Source of the DNA: Fimbriosthenelais zetlandica
Taxonomy: Eukaryota
Reading direction: 5' to 3'
Assembly (NCBI GenBank): GCA_977030845.1
Contig: OZ365114.1
Location: 14,942,001-15,006,000 of the forward strand
DNA: 64,000 nucleotides
How positions within the stretch are numbered: position 1 is the stretch's first letter; each line of letters begins with the position of its first letter. Made by a program: the position numbers and the translations under genes. Positions 63,329-64,000 of this stretch are shown in pieces. A model generated the notes under the pieces. That model was given only the letters and a program-made list of their open reading frames with translations, ran no database searches and had not been told where the DNA came from.

Positions 63329-64000
63329 GATGTATCTGCTTAAGCAACATCTTTGACCCCAACATTCTTCCCGATATGGAAATTACTACATAAAATGAGC
63401 AACAGTGGAGGACTCACTAGCATCTATTTCTATATGTTTTCCATCATCAGAATAATATTTCCGTGTATGAAAAATGTAGTAAAATATTAGAGATATATTT
63501 TAAGTGGGCAAATATAAAGTAAAAGTTGCCTCAATAAGTGTATGATCATTGATCTGAATGGGAATGTTCTAACGTGGAAACATTGTGACCTGACCAGCCT
63601 CGACTGCTTGGTCGGGATCTTGTATTGTACTGAGGGAAAACCTGAATTATTCCCACTAGTTTCCAATCCTTTTTTCATTGCGAGGACAATCATATAATAA
63701 TAATCAAAGCCTCATGAATCTCATAATCACAGAATGAAATATTTTTCCACTTTACTGTATAATATATTAAATAGATCATGAAACATTCATTATGCGAGGC
63801 TAACGAGTAGCCATTGTTATTATAAAACTGTCTAACTTGATGTCGTTTGCGCCATGACAGTTGTGAAGTTCAGTTGCTCCTACTGGACTATTTTTGTCAT
63901 GATCACCCAAAGGAAATGCCATTGTATGTTTAGCAGGTAGCTAAAATTCATGAGACCATGACAAATTATTTGAAGGGAAAGAAACCATTTGCTCCAGAGA

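Noticed and set aside
42-63693. Remaining 60-170 aa ORFs in the supplied six-frame track
   Set aside because: Apart from those overlapping the listed exons or TE fossils, they lack recognisable motifs, coding-like composition or splice context, and are expected by chance.

Overview
Metazoan genomic DNA, most likely from a marine invertebrate (inferred from GT-AG introns and the mix of Gypsy, DIRS1/Ngaro, RTE, L1/Tx1 and other LINE fossils; the species cannot be determined from sequence alone). I found no prokaryotic operon, rRNA, true tRNA gene or CRISPR array. (1) One large spliced + strand gene was reconstructed by hand from 21 phase-compatible exons (22681-63119, about 1271 aa). It encodes a signal peptide, a partial TNFR-type Cys repeat, a ~620-aa Cys/beta-rich ectodomain and five TM helices with two helical, N-glycosylated outer loops. 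The topology resembles DC-STAMP or prominin/Tweety proteins, but I cannot name the gene. (2) Positions ~1-42.5 kb (upstream region plus introns 1-2) are a mosaic of heavily decayed retrotransposon fragments. Every fragment I could orient in the first ~33 kb lies on the minus strand, which resembles a uni-strand piRNA cluster. (3) Smaller features: a tandem array of ~100-bp imperfect palindromes (42.8-44.6 kb), a pre-miRNA-like intronic hairpin, a homeodomain-site cluster, a tRNA-derived SINE head and several alternative splice-site candidates. TE calls rest on manually read degenerate motifs and their boundaries are approximate. Most ORFs in the supplied track are spurious or are TE debris.
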